A DNA stretch of 64,000 nucleotides from contig CAVWFS010000001.1 of NCBI GenBank assembly GCA_963754315.1, positions 351,885-415,884 on the forward strand. Reading direction: 5' to 3'. This DNA is from an uncultured Candidatus Rokubacteria bacterium. Lineage in GTDB: Bacteria; Methylomirabilota; Methylomirabilia; Rokubacteriales; CSP1-6. The notes under the pieces were generated by a model. That model was not told where the DNA came from. It saw nothing but the letters and a program-made list of their open reading frames with translations, and did no database searches. Within the stretch, counting starts at the first letter, position 1. Each line of letters starts with the position of its first letter. The translations under genes and the position numbers were made by a program. Positions 39,354-50,590 of the stretch are shown piece after piece.

Positions 39354-39795
39354 CTCGCGGAGCGGGCGGCGCGCCGAGACCCTGCGCCGGCGCGCCCGCT
39401 CCGCCCGAACCGCCAACGCCGGGCTGACCCGCCGCGGTCCAACCACGAGACGATCGACCTGCACAGTTCCGCTCGGTGCTGACGGGCTCGATCCTCGTCA
39501 ACGTCTGCGAGACGCCGGCCGATGTGGACCTGGATTTCCTGGAGGCGTACGAGCGCATCTACGAGCTGACGGCGGTACGGCGCGGCAAGGTGCCCCCCTA
39601 GTTCCGTGAGATGATCGGGTCGCCGCGCCTGGGCGCGACCAAGGAAGGAGATCTTCGAGGTGCTCCCGAGCGCGTACTTTCACACCGGCGCCTCACCCTC
39701 GTGCATGGGATGGTCGCGATCATAGACGTGCTCAAATAGATGGACGCAGAGAAGGCGGCGGGGAAGGCTCGCCCGCGCGCCCGGCGGCGCCGGTC

Positions 39796-40605
39796 GTGAT
39801 GCAGCACTTTACCGCGAGCGACGGCGTCCATCTGGGCTACGTCATCGACGACTTCACCGACCCGTGGAGGTCGCCCGAGACCCTGGTGCTCGTGCACGCG
39901 GCCATGGGCAGCTCCCGCCGTCTCTACGCCTGGGTGCCCCGGCTCGCGCGCGACTTTCGCGTGGTGCGCCTCGATCTGCGTGGCCACGGCGGGTCCGAGG
40001 TGCCGGACGCCTCGCTGCCATTCACCCTCCAGCGCCTGGCCCGCGACGTCATCGAGCTGATTGATCACCTCGGCGTGGACCGCATTCACCTGGCCGGCTC
40101 CTCCGCCGGCGCCATCATCTCCATGAAGGTGGCGATCGACCACCCCGAGCGCGTCAAGACCCTGGCAAACTTCGCCTCCACCCCGGGGCTGGGGCCCTCC
40201 AACGTGGATGCGGAGAAGTGGGTCGCCCACATCCAACGGCGCGGGGTGCGCGGCTTCCTGTCGGAGACGATCGCGGATCGCTTCGACCTGGCTGCAGTCG
40301 ATCCGCGCTTCGTTGAGTGGTTCCTCGACGAGTCGGCCAAGACGAGCGCCGCCTGGCTCGCGCGCTTCGTGCCCCTCATGCGGAGCGTGGATCTCACCCA
40401 GGACCTCGGCCGGATCCGCTGCCCCATGCTGACGGTCGTGCCCGATCACGATCCCATCAGCTCGATGGCCCAGTACGAGGTCATCCGCGATCGGGTGCCC
40501 AACGTGAAGTTCGTCGTCTACCACGGCTTGCCCCACAACATCACCGACGCGGTGCCCGACCGCTGCGCTGCGGAGCTGCACCGTTTCCTGCTAGAGCAGC
40601 GCTAA
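39796..40605 (+). CDS. Alpha/beta hydrolase
   Basis: LVHAAMG, DLRGHG, GSSAG, PHNIT. Confidence 0.9.
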   Translation: MMQHFTASDGVHLGYVIDDFTDPWRSPETLVLVHAAMGSSRRLYAWVPRLARDFRVVRLDLRGHGGSEVPDASLPFTLQRLARDVIELIDHLGVDRIHLAGSSAGAIISMKVAIDHPERVKTLANFASTPGLGPSNVDAEKWVAHIQRRGVRGFLSETIADRFDLAAVDPRFVEWFLDESAKTSAAWLARFVPLMRSVDLTQDLGRIRCPMLTVVPDHDPISSMAQYEVIRDRVPNVKFVVYHGLPHNITDAVPDRCAAELHRFLLEQR

Positions 40606-40710
40606 GGGGGAGCATGCTCCATGGCGGGCTCCCTGAAGTCGGTCTGGTGGCTCACGGCGTTCCGGGACGGGCCATCTTTGTCACCGTGCTCGCCGTCAAC
40701 GCGCTCGGCC
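40606..40710 (+). pseudogene. DppC-type permease C-terminal scrap
   Basis: GSML...VWWLTAF.GRAIFVTVLAVNALG across frames. Confidence 0.55.
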
Positions 40711-40776
40711 CTCAGCCCCGACCCGCGCGCCGGCGCAGTCGATCAACGTCGCTCCGGTTCGGACCCGAATCATCGC

Positions 40777-41397
40777 TCAGCCCTCGTAGACTTCGCGCCG
40801 GCCGATGCGGCGCTGGAACTCGAGATAGGTCGCCCGCGTCATCGGCGGCTTGGCCTTGGCCACGACCTCCCGCCCGACGGTGGCCCCGTCCGCGAGGAGG
40901 TCCACCACCATGGAGGCCAGGGCCTTGGCGTTGGTGAGATAGACGAGCGATAGATCACTGAGTTGCCAGTCGGCCCCATGCGATGTGCCGCTGGCACCGC
41001 CGACGTAGGGATGGAGGATCGGCATCACCTGGGCGAGGTCGCCCATGTCGGTGGAGCCTGTGCGATGGGCGATGGTGCGCACATTGTCCGCGCCGACCAG
41101 CTCGCCCGCGATGGCGCGGAAGCGATCCACGAGCAGGGGATCGCAGCGCATCGGCATGTAGCCGGGGAGCGTCTCGATCTCCACCACGGCTCCGAGGGCC
41201 AGGGCGCCGGCGCGCAGGGCACGATCCACCTTGGCATCGGCGTCGGCGATGGTCTCCAGCGTCTTGGCGCGCACGAACGTCTCCAGGCGCACGTCGGCGG
41301 GGATGACGTTCACCTGCGAGCCGCCATGGGTCATGATCGGATGCACGCGCACCGTGTCCTCGTCGCGGAACGTCTCACGGATGGCGTTGATCGTCAT
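40777..41397 (-). pseudogene. M20-family amidohydrolase, C-terminal half only
   Basis: RVHPIMTHGG..VNVIPA, GSTDMGDL; N-terminal metal-binding half absent. Confidence 0.75.
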
Positions 41398-41437
41398 GTC
41401 ACCGGTCTCCTGGGATGGTGCTCGTGTGCCTGATCGG

Positions 41438-42202
41438 CTACCGTCCGCCGGTCGCCTGGAGGGTGACGCCGGTAATGTAGCTGGCTTCCTCGGAGGCGAG
41501 GAACAGCACGGCGTTGGCGATCTCGAGCGGCTGCCCCAGGCGGCGCAGGGGCGTCATGTGGTTCGGGCTGTACTCGACCGTCTCGTTCAGCTGACGGAGG
41601 TTCGCGCCCGCGCGCTCGGTGTCGATGGGCCCCGGGGCGACGGCGTTGACCACGATGTTGTACTCGGCCAGCTCCAGGGCCACGTCGCGGATGAAGCCGT
41701 GGATGCCCGCCTTCGCCGCCGAGTAGTTCGCGCCGCCCTGATAGTACGCCGTCCACGGCGTGCCCTCGCGCGCCCCCGACGACAGGCAGACGATGCGGCC
41801 CGAGCGCTGCTTCATCATGTGCCGGACGGCAGCGCGGGTGCACAGGAACGCGCTGCGGAGATTGAGGCGGATGACAAAGTCCCACTGCTCGACCGTCATC
41901 TCCCAGATCTTGGCCGACCGGCTGCCCCCGACGTTGTTGACGAGGATGTCGAGACGGCCGTAGCGCGCCGCCGCGTCGTTGATGAGCTTGGCCGCGGGCG
42001 CCTCCTCGGTGACGTCACCGACCACGCCGAACGCGTGGCCCCCCTGCTTGGTGATGTCCGACACCGTGCGCTCGAGCGCGGCGCCCTCGATGTCGCCGAG
42101 GGCCATGCGCGCGCCCTCCCCGGCCAGACGCAGTGCGATGGCACGCCCGAGCCCATTGGCGGCGCCCGTCACCACCGCCACCTGATCCTGTACGCGGCCC
42201 AT
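41438..42202 (-). CDS. Short-chain dehydrogenase/reductase (FabG-like)
   Basis: TGAANGLG, LVNNVG, NYSAAK, VNAVAPG. Confidence 0.92.
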   Translation of the reverse strand: MGRVQDQVAVVTGAANGLGRAIALRLAGEGARMALGDIEGAALERTVSDITKQGGHAFGVVGDVTEEAPAAKLINDAAARYGRLDILVNNVGGSRSAKIWEMTVEQWDFVIRLNLRSAFLCTRAAVRHMMKQRSGRIVCLSSGAREGTPWTAYYQGGANYSAAKAGIHGFIRDVALELAEYNIVVNAVAPGPIDTERAGANLRQLNETVEYSPNHMTPLRRLGQPLEIANAVLFLASEEASYITGVTLQATGGR

Positions 42203-42515
42203 TCGATCTCTCCTTGGCCGTGACGCGCACCTCGGAACGCGCGCGCCGTCCGGCAGATTCTGACGGCGCATTATCGGCGTCCGCACGGCGACGTGCAAGG
42301 CGCGCGCGTCGTCGAGCTATACTCAGCGCGCTTAGTCGTGTGCGCGAACTTCGCAAGTAATGCCGCACGAGCGACGAGTTCGACGGCAGCGCGAACTGGC
42401 AAACCGGGGAGCTCGCGCACGCCGGCGCAGTTCTTAGCAGACAGACAATCGGCGCTCACGGCGAGGGGCAGCACCACGGGGAACACAGACTGATGGACAA
42501 GGCGTAGGGTAGGGA

Positions 42516-43439
42516 GTGCTAGGCCCTCTTGTCTGGCGCACCCTGCAGTCGCTGCTGCTGCTGTGGCTGGTCACCGTGGTGGTCTTCGGGCTGCTGCACC
42601 TGACCCCCGGCGACCCCGCCAGCCTCATGCTGGGCGAACAGGCGACGCCGGAGCAGATCCGCGATCTCCGCCACGCGCTCGGGCTGGACGAGCCGCTGCT
42701 CATCCAATACCTGCGCTTCCTCGGCCACGCCGTGCGCGGCGACTTCGGGATGTCGATCCGCGCCCAGCGGCCGGCGCTCGTGGTGGTGTTGGAGCGGCTG
42801 CCGGCCACGCTCCTCCTCACGGCCGGCGCGTTCCTCTTCGCCCTGTCCGTCGGCATGCCCATCGGCGTGATCTCGGCGGTCAAGCGCCTGACCCTGTGGG
42901 ATCACGGCTCCATGGCGCTGGCCCTCATGGGGCAGTCCATGCCCGTCTTCTGGCTGGGCCTCATGCTCATCGTCGTCTTCTCGGTCAATCTCCGCTGGCT
43001 CCCCGTCTCGGGCTGGGGCGGCCCGCAGCACCTGGTGCTGCCCGCGATCACCTTGGGGACGTTCCTGATCGGGCTCATCATCCGCCTCACGCGCTCGAGC
43101 ATGCTCGACGTCCTGGGCCAGGACTACGTTCGCACCGCGCGCGCCAAGGGCCTGGCCGAGCCGTCCGTGATCGTGCGCCATGCGCTGCGCAACGCGCTCA
43201 TCCCCGTGGTCACACTGCTGGGACTCCAGCTCGGGCTGCTCCTGGGCGGCGCCGTCATCACGGAGACTGTCTTCGCCTGGCCGGGGGTGGGCATGGTGAC
43301 GGTCACGGCCATCCACCAGCGCGACTACCCGGTCGTGCAGTGCGCGGTGTTCGTCTCCGCCGTCCTCGTCGTGTCCATCAACTGGGCGGTGGACATGCTC
43401 TACAACTTCCTCGACCCGCGCATCCGGGTGGCGGAGTAG
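42516..43439 (+). CDS. dppB: Peptide/nickel ABC permease (DppB-like)
   Basis: PGDPA, DYVRTARAKGL, HALRNALIP, RDYPVVQ. Confidence 0.9.
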   Translation: MLGPLVWRTLQSLLLLWLVTVVVFGLLHLTPGDPASLMLGEQATPEQIRDLRHALGLDEPLLIQYLRFLGHAVRGDFGMSIRAQRPALVVVLERLPATLLLTAGAFLFALSVGMPIGVISAVKRLTLWDHGSMALALMGQSMPVFWLGLMLIVVFSVNLRWLPVSGWGGPQHLVLPAITLGTFLIGLIIRLTRSSMLDVLGQDYVRTARAKGLAEPSVIVRHALRNALIPVVTLLGLQLGLLLGGAVITETVFAWPGVGMVTVTAIHQRDYPVVQCAVFVSAVLVVSINWAVDMLYNFLDPRIRVAE

Positions 43440-43442
43440 CGC

Positions 43443-44324
43443 GTGAGCTCCGACGCGCCCGGCCGCCAGCGCCTGCGCCGCTTCTGGCGCCATCGCCTCG
43501 CCGTCCTCGGCCTGCTCATCATGGTGACGGTGGCCGGGCTCGCGTTGTTGGCGGATCGCGTCGCGCCGCGCTCGCCCACGGCGCAGCAGATCTTGCTCCG
43601 CCTGAAGCCGCCGGGCTTCAAGGACCCGCGCTCGGGCCGGGTGGCCTGGCTCGGCACCGACCACCTGGGCCGCGACATCCTGAGCCGGATCGTGTACGGC
43701 AGCCGCGTGTCGCTCGTGGTCAGCCTGCCCGCGGTGGCGGTGTCGGCACTGCTCGGGATGACGCTAGGCCTGCTGGCGGGCTACTACCGCTCGGTGATCG
43801 AGACGATCGTGATGCGCTGCGTGGACTTGCAGCTGGCGTTCCCGTTCATCCTGCTCGCGCTCAGCATCGTGGCCCTGATGGGCCCGTCGCTGCGTAACAT
43901 CATCATCGTGTTCGCCATCACGACGTGGCCGGTGTACGCACGCACCACGCGCGGCGTCGTGCTCGCCCTCCGAGCGCAGGACTTCGTGCAGGCGGCCCGC
44001 AGCCTGGGGGCGAGCGACCGCCGCATCCTCTGGCGGCAGATCGCTCCCGGTGTGGTGAGCCCGGTCTTGGTGCTGGCCTCGTTCGAGGTCGCGCGCATGA
44101 TCATCCTGGAGGCCGCGCTCGGCTTCCTCGGCCTCGGCGTGCCCCCGCCCACGCCCACGTGGGGGAGCATGCTCGCCGACGGCCGCGACTACCTGCGCGA
44201 CGCCTGGTGGATCGCGCTCTTCCCCGGGCTCGCCATCATGTTCACCGCCGCCGGGTCGAACTTCCTCGGCGACGGCCTGCGGGACATGCTCGACCCCACC
44301 CTCCGCAACGTCGAGGGGGGATGA
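43443..44324 (+). CDS. dppC: Peptide/nickel ABC permease (DppC-like)
   Basis: LGTDHLGRDILSR, FVQAARSLGA, PTWGSML. Confidence 0.9.
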   Translation: MSSDAPGRQRLRRFWRHRLAVLGLLIMVTVAGLALLADRVAPRSPTAQQILLRLKPPGFKDPRSGRVAWLGTDHLGRDILSRIVYGSRVSLVVSLPAVAVSALLGMTLGLLAGYYRSVIETIVMRCVDLQLAFPFILLALSIVALMGPSLRNIIIVFAITTWPVYARTTRGVVLALRAQDFVQAARSLGASDRRILWRQIAPGVVSPVLVLASFEVARMIILEAALGFLGLGVPPPTPTWGSMLADGRDYLRDAWWIALFPGLAIMFTAAGSNFLGDGLRDMLDPTLRNVEGG

Positions 44325-44361
44325 GCCGATGGCGCCGGCGCGGTAGATGGTGATCGTCATC

Positions 44362-45398
44362 GTGGGTCTCTTCTCGAGAAGCGGGCGACACTGGGCGTTG
44401 CTTGAGCAGCGGATGGTCTCCGGAGGGGCGAGGGCGCTGCTCCTGACGATGCAGTGGGTCCCTTCCTTGATCGCCCAGCCGTAGTTTCCCGGCTGCGTGA
44501 CCTTGTAGGTCGCTTCGAAGAAGGTGTCGGCCGGGGTGCTCACGTACATGGCCCGATCGCCGTCCCGATCGAAGGAGATGCGGAAGGGGTTTCGGAAACC
44601 CCAGCCGTAGATCTCGTCCGGAATCCCGTCGTGGCCCACGAACGGATTATCGGGCGGAATCCCGTAGGGCGTTCCCCGGTCGACATCGATGCGCAGGATC
44701 TTCCCGTAGAGCGAGGTGAGCTTCTGCGCGATGAGGTCCCCGAACAGGAGATCAGGATCGACGTTGAATGGATCGTCCGCGCCGCTCGGGCCATGAATGA
44801 AGCCCCCGTCCCCGAGGCCGATATAGAGCATGCCGTCCGGGCCGAAGGCGAGACCACCCCCGTTGTGCTTCCGGCCGGGCCATTGAATCCTGAACACGAC
44901 CCGTTCCGTGCTGGGATCGGCGCGGTTGGGATCCGTCGACGACACGACGAACTCCGAAATCTGGCGCGTGTACTGCAGAGGGCAGCCCGCCGGATCGGTG
45001 GGAACGCGGCCGTCCTCGGCGACGCAGATGTTGGGGCCCTCTCTCCGAGCGCTGTACTGGACGTACAGCTTGCCGTTGGTGGCGAACTGAGGATGAAAGG
45101 CCACCGCGAGCAACCCGCGTTCGTCGAAGGCGGACTGGAGAACCGTGCGGTCGGTGATGTCCAGGAATGGAGTCGGAAGGACCTGCCCGGCTGGGGTCAG
45201 GATGAGGACCAGGCCAGTCTGATCCACGATGAAGCGGAGGCCACTGCGGTCGGGCGCGAACGTGAGATCCAGGGGCGCCACCAGCCCGTCGGCCACCAGC
45301 TTCACGTCCAGTCGCGGCCCCTCTCCCTGGCCGGGGACGTCGATGGTCAGCGCGAGAGTGAAAAGCACGGCAAGGGCGACCGCACCGATGGTCTTCAT
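44362..45398 (-). pseudogene. PQQ-dependent sugar dehydrogenase (GSDH family), C-terminally truncated
   Basis: ERGLLAVAFHP, HNGGGLAFGPDGMLYIGLGDGG, GKILRIDVD, GFRNP, NYGW; runs into MTITIYRAGAIG, a ketopantoate-reductase start. Confidence 0.8.
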
Positions 45399-45470
45399 GG
45401 AAGGGCTCCCTCTCGGTCCCGTTCACGCTCGGGGCTCCTCCAAGTAAACGCCAACAAGCGGACGTCCCCG

Positions 45471-46343
45471 CTACTCCACGCCGCGCAGGGTGGGGTCAAG
45501 AGTGTCGCGCAGCCAGTCGCCGACGACGTTGATGCCAAGCAAGGTCACCAGGAGGGCGACGCCGGGAAAGGTCGGCAGCCACCAGGCGACCTGCATGTAG
45601 TTGCGCGCATCGCTCAGCATGCCCCCCAGGTCGGGGTGGGTGGCCGGATGCCCAGTCCGAGGAAGCTCAGCGAGGCTTCGGTGATGATCATCTGGGCGAT
45701 GGCGAACGAGCTGATGACGATGACCGGCGCCACGATGTTGGGCAGGATGTGCCGGACCATGATGTGCACGTCGTGGCCGCCCATGGCCCGGGCCGCCTCG
45801 ACGTACGCGCGCTCGCGGGCGCGGAGCACCTCCTCGCGCACCACGCGCGTGTAGAGCACCCAGCCCGTCGCGGCCAGCACGACGATCACGTTGACGAGCC
45901 CGGGACCGGTCACAGAGATTGCGGTCACCGCCAGCGCGATGAACGGGAAGGCGAGCTGGATGTCGGTGATGCGGGAGAGAGTCCGGTCGATCAGCCCGCC
46001 CCAGAAGCCGGAGATCAGGCCCAGGGCGGTTCCGGCGAGCAGGGAGATCCCGGTGCCGGCCAGGCCGACGAGCAGGGACACCCGCGCGCCGTGGATGAGG
46101 CGGCTGAGTACGTCGCGGCCGACCTGGTCGGTCCCGAGCAGGCGGCCGCCCTCGCCGCGAGGCCAGCCGGGGGCAGCAGGCGATCGGTGATGTTGCCGTC
46201 GGCGGGATCGTAGGGCGCGATCAGATTGGCGCCGATGGCGGCCGTGAAGATCACTAGCAACATCACGAATGCGCCCAGCGCCAGCTTGCTCCGCCAGAGT
46301 CGACGTGCGGTGCCGCCGTCCTGCGCGGGCCGCGGCTACGCAT
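45471..46343 (-). CDS. DppC-like ABC permease, frameshifted
   Basis: [37 protein letters not shown]; pieces lie in several frames. Confidence 0.82.
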
Positions 46344-47253
46344 GCTTGATGCGCGGGTCGAGCCACACGTAGAGCGCGTCGGTGACGAAGGTGACCACGG
46401 CCACCATCGCGGCGATGAGAAGGGCCGTGCCCTGGACGATCGGGTAGTCGCGCACGAAGACCGCCTGGACCATCAGGCGGCCGACGCCGGGCCAGTCGAA
46501 GATCGTCTCGGTGATCACCGCCCCGCCCAGCAACGTGGAGACGCTCAGCCCGAGGATCGTCACGATCGGGATGGCGGCGTTTTTCAGCACGTGTCGGAGG
46601 ATCACGGCGGGCGCGGGGAGGCCCTTCGAGCGCGCGGTGCGCACGAAATCCTGATTCAGCACCTCCAGGACGCTCGAGCGCGTGAGCCGCGCCACGCGCG
46701 CGATGGAATAGGCGCCTAGCGTCAGCGCGGGCATCACCAGGTGCGCCAGGGTGCCGCGCCCCGACGGGGGCAACACCCCGAGATCCAGCGCGAGGACCAG
46801 GATCAGGATGATCCCGAGCCAGAAGGTCGGGACGCACTGGCCGATGAGCGAGGCAACCAGGGAGAGATGATCGGCCACGCTGTTCCGGCGCGTGGCCGAC
46901 AGGATCCCGACCGGCACCCCGATGAGCGCCGCCAGGAACAGCGCCGCCGCCGTCAGCTCGAGCGTCGCCGGCAAGGAGGCCAGCACGAGGGGCAGGGCCG
47001 GCTGGTTGTAGCGCAGCGAGAGGCCGAAGTCTCCCACCATGGCCCGCCCCAGGAAGCGCACGTACTGCACGGGGAGCGGGTCGGCGAGGCCGAGCTGTTC
47101 GCGGACGCGCTGGATCTGGGCCGGCCCGGCATCCTCCGAGACGTAGAGCAGCGCCGGGTCGCCGGTGAGGCGGAGGAGCAGGAAGAGGGCGGTGTAGACG
47201 CCGAGGACCACGATCACCAGGTGGAGGGCGCGCCGTGCAAGCAGACGGACCAT
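46336..47253 (-). CDS. DppB-like ABC permease
   Basis: TGDPA, DFVRTARSKGL, HVLKNAAIP, RDYPIVQG. Confidence 0.9.
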   Translation of the reverse strand: MVRLLARRALHLVIVVLGVYTALFLLLRLTGDPALLYVSEDAGPAQIQRVREQLGLADPLPVQYVRFLGRAMVGDFGLSLRYNQPALPLVLASLPATLELTAAALFLAALIGVPVGILSATRRNSVADHLSLVASLIGQCVPTFWLGIILILVLALDLGVLPPSGRGTLAHLVMPALTLGAYSIARVARLTRSSVLEVLNQDFVRTARSKGLPAPAVILRHVLKNAAIPIVTILGLSVSTLLGGAVITETIFDWPGVGRLMVQAVFVRDYPIVQGTALLIAAMVAVVTFVTDALYVWLDPRIKHA

Positions 47254-47285
47254 GCTCTCCTCCACCCCGTGATCGCCCGACCGCG

Positions 47286-48864
47286 TCAGATCATCCCATG
47301 GTCGCCTTGTGGAGGTACATGCTCCACTCGGGGTTGAAGCTGACGTTGGACAGCCCCTTGGCCAGGGCGTTGATGCTCGGCTGCTCGTACAGGGGAATGT
47401 GCAGCGACCTCCTCGCACAACACCTCGGCGAGCTGCCAGATGATCGCTCGGCGCTCGTCCGGGTTCAGCGCTTGCTGCTGCTTGAAGAACAGCTCGTCGT
47501 ATGCTTGTTGCACATCAGGCGCCGGGTGCTGCCGCAGGTGCCGAAGACCAGCGGGAACTCGGCATCGAAGGCGGGGGCCGAGTTCCATCCGTTCAGGATG
47601 ACCGGCCCCGACTTGGTGGCGAACCACTTCTCCATCCAGCGGCTCGTCTCGAGGTAATCGACCTCCAGCTTCACGCCCACCTTGGCCCACTGGTTGAGCA
47701 GCGCCTCGGTGACCTCCTTCTCGCGGAAGAACATGCCGGACGAGCTGTCCATGTGGACGGTGAAGCCTTGCCCGTAGCCCGCCTCGGCCAGGAGCTGTTT
47801 GGCCTTGTTCACGTCGTACGAATCGGCTTCATGTTCGGGTTGAACCCGAACGTGTCGGCCCCGTAGATCTGGCACTGCGCCATCCGCGCATGCGGGGCGA
47901 CGAGGGCCCGGTGAATTCCCGCGACGTCGGTGGCATGGGCCAGCGCCCGGCGGACGCGCTTGTCCTTGATCGGTCCGGCATCGACCGCCGCCTCGGGGTG
48001 AAAGCGGAAGTGGATGACCAGCAACTGGCCGATGTTGACGGTCTGGATCTGGAATCCCTTGCCACGGAGGCGACCGAGCTGCTCGGGCGGGATGACGACG
48101 GCGATCTGGGCATCGCCCGACTCGATCGCCGCCAGGCGCGTCGACGGCTCGGGCATCGCGCGCACGGTCAGCTCGCCGACCGTGGCCGGGCCGCCCCAGT
48201 AATCCTGGTTGCCTTCCATGGTCAGGAAGACGTCCGGGCGCCACTCCTTGAACCGGAAGGGCCCGGTGCCGACGGGCGCCTGGTTGAACTTCACCTCCCC
48301 GACCTGCTGGAAGTATTTCGCGGGCTGCATCCAGATGGTGGCCATCACGTTGACGAGCGCCGCGTTGGGGACCTTGGAGACGATGTCGACGGTGAACTCG
48401 TCGATGGCGTTGACCCGTTCGACCGTCGGGAAGCGCGCCCGCCAGGCCGACTTGCCATTCGGATCGAGGATGCGGTCCATGGTGAACTTGACGGACTCGG
48501 CGTTGAACGCCTCGCCGTTGTGGAACTTCACGTCCCGCCGCAGCCGGAACCGCCAGGTGGTGGGGTTGACGCCTTGCCACGAGAGGGCCAGCTGGGGCTC
48601 CGGTTTGCCCCGGAACGCCGTGACCAGCGTATCAAACAGGAATCGGTGGCCGAGAGATGCGCCGAGGTTCGAGTCGTAGTTGGGGTCGATCGTCCGGGGC
48701 AGGGACTGCGCGGCCACCGTCAACTTGGCGATCCTCGGGCTCGCCGTGGGGGCCGCCCGCGTTCGCCCCGGCCACCCGGCGATGGTGGATCCGGCCGCCC
48801 CGACGGCCATCGTGAGGGCCTCGCGCCGCTTCCATTTCGTTTCAGTCATCCGTCCATCTGCCAT
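47286..48864 (-). CDS. Family 5 ABC substrate-binding protein, Tat signal, several frameshifts in the 3' third
   Basis: KRREAL; LRRDVKFHNGE, PVGTGPF, DKRVRRAL. Confidence 0.82.
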
Positions 48865-49006
48865 CGCAGCGCCTCCGGAAGGGCCGGTCTCAGGCGCATT
48901 CTAGAGCATGTCAGAGCCCAGCGCTGCGCGCAGCATCCACATCCGGGACTTCGGTGGGGACGTCCAGCCATCTCTTCTCGACCGCGGTGTAGATGGCTCT
49001 GGACTT

Positions 49007-49370
49007 GTCCCTCGCCGAAACCATCCGGCCGCCAGCGAGACTATCCGGGACGCTGAACTGGCGGCACGTTGTCGAGTGATCGAGTAGCGAACGGCGTGCT
49101 GGCGACACGGTGGAGAGTGGAGAGGGCGTTGACTTGTCGCCAAAGCCGACGCGGGCGCCGGAACACTACGCGCGTAGAGCAGCCGATGGGAGTGATGGCG
49201 AGGAGGTAGGGGGGATGCTCGGTGAAGTTGAAATGGAGGACGCGCCGGTGATGATGGGCGAGCACGACCCGGGCCCAGAGCAGACGCAAGCGAACGGTGG
49301 GCACGGTGAAAAAGTCGATTGAGACCAAGTCCCGGACATGGTTGGTGAGGAACGTGTTCCAGGTCTGCTG
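49007..49370 (-). mobile_element. rve-transposase element remnant (internally deleted) with terminal repeat
   Basis: TFLTNHVRDLVSIDFFTVPT; atccgggacgctgaactggcggc shared with 58146; end TGTCCCTCGCCGAAA. Confidence 0.75.
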
Positions 49371-49569
49371 GCACTGGGGCCTGCCAAGGAAGGAGATCGA
49401 GCTCGGGGCGACAGGCGAGGCGCGCCTAACGCAACAACAGGACCGGACGGAGCGGCGATTCCGTTTCGGTGTGCAGGAGTGGCCGCTGTTGTTCCCGTCT
49501 TTTTAGGCGAAAAGAACCTTCAGTTTAACCGTCAGTGTAGTGGAAGAACCTGATTCTATTGCACTGTTC

Positions 49570-49618
49570 CGGCCCTCTCAAGGCTGAAACGGGGGTTCGA
49601 ATCCCCCTGGGGCCACCA
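49570..49618 (+). repeat. att copy 2: 3' 49 nt of tRNA-Glu
   Basis: Identical to 31615-31663. Confidence 0.95.
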
Positions 49619-49798
49619 GTTTTTTCTAGGGCACTTGTCGATCTATACCGCAAGTAGCCCGTGAACGACTGAATCGGCGCAGACTCCACAGCTCGCGTGC
49701 TTCTCACGCGTGCGGCTACTCGCCCATCGTGCCGACCTCCGGTCCGGTGCACCCGACGGGTGAGGTATGAAACTACTCGTTCTTCTCCTGGGCGCCGA

Positions 49799-49901
49799 GG
49801 CGGCTGTTCTTGCGCTCGAGGTCGCTCATCGCGGCGTCCGCACGTTGTCCGTAGTCGAAGGCTTCCCTCATTGACCGCCGGACGGAATTTTGGGGAAGGA
49901 C
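49799..49901 (+). repeat. About 100-nt element-end sequence repeated at 63899-63997
   Basis: cttgcgctcgaggtcgc...gcggcgtccgcacgttgtccgtagtcgaaggc.tccctcattgaccgccggacggaattttgg...gaca in both copies. Confidence 0.85.
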
Positions 49902-50254
49902 ACGCCCGCCTCTACCGGGGCGCGTTCCTCGACGAGCGGGAGGTCGAGCTGCCCCAGGCCACGGCGCTGGCCGAGAGCCTCCGTCGTCGCTTGCTCCGGC
50001 AGCTCGTGCGCATCGGGCGGCAGGGCGACGAGGCGAATCGGCAGGAGGCCGTGGACTGGTACGAAGAAGCGCTCCGCGTGGACCCGTGTGCCGAGGACGT
50101 TTGCCGGAGCCTCATGACTGCCTACCACCGGCTCGGGCGCTCCGCCGATGTCGTGGCCGTCTATCGGCGCTGCGGAACCGCACTCGCCGCCCTCCGGGGC
50201 CTCGCCCCCTCCGCAGAGACTCAGGGGCTCTTCAAGACTCTTTCGGCCCGCTAA
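49902..50254 (+). pseudogene. BTAD (bacterial transcriptional activator domain) C-terminal fragment
   Basis: LYRGAFL...ALRVDPCAEDVCRSLMTAYHRLGR...YRRC...PSAET. Confidence 0.75.
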
Positions 50255-50590
50255 GTCACCGAATTTCCTAGGGTCGTCAGACCCGCAAACGTGCGCCGCG
50301 GGAACACTCGGCCCACCGGCTCCACTGTTCCGAATCCGAACACGATCGGTCATCGCTCGGCGCTAGCGTGATCCACGTGAGACGACGACTGACCCGCATC
50401 GCGTTCCTTCACGCCCGATCAGCTGGTCACGAGCCGAGGAGGTCGTCATGAGAGGAACCGTCGTTCTCGCCCTGGCCCAGGAACGAACTTCGACGGCACC
50501 GACTGGAGCGTCAGCGCGATCGCCATTTGCGCCGACGCGGCGACTAGCCAGAGCGCTACCCACAGGCCGGCCAAGTCAGAAAGGCAGACG

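Larger units (their letters stand above)
31664..49618. mobile_element. Genomic island unit 1 at tRNA-Glu (no integrase seen)
   Basis: Bounded by 49-nt direct repeat 31615-31663 / 49570-49618. Confidence 0.75.

Noticed and set aside
43764..45398. 544-aa GSDH fusion as a real protein
   Set aside because: The C-terminal part is a reductase start fragment plus antisense read-through of dppC.
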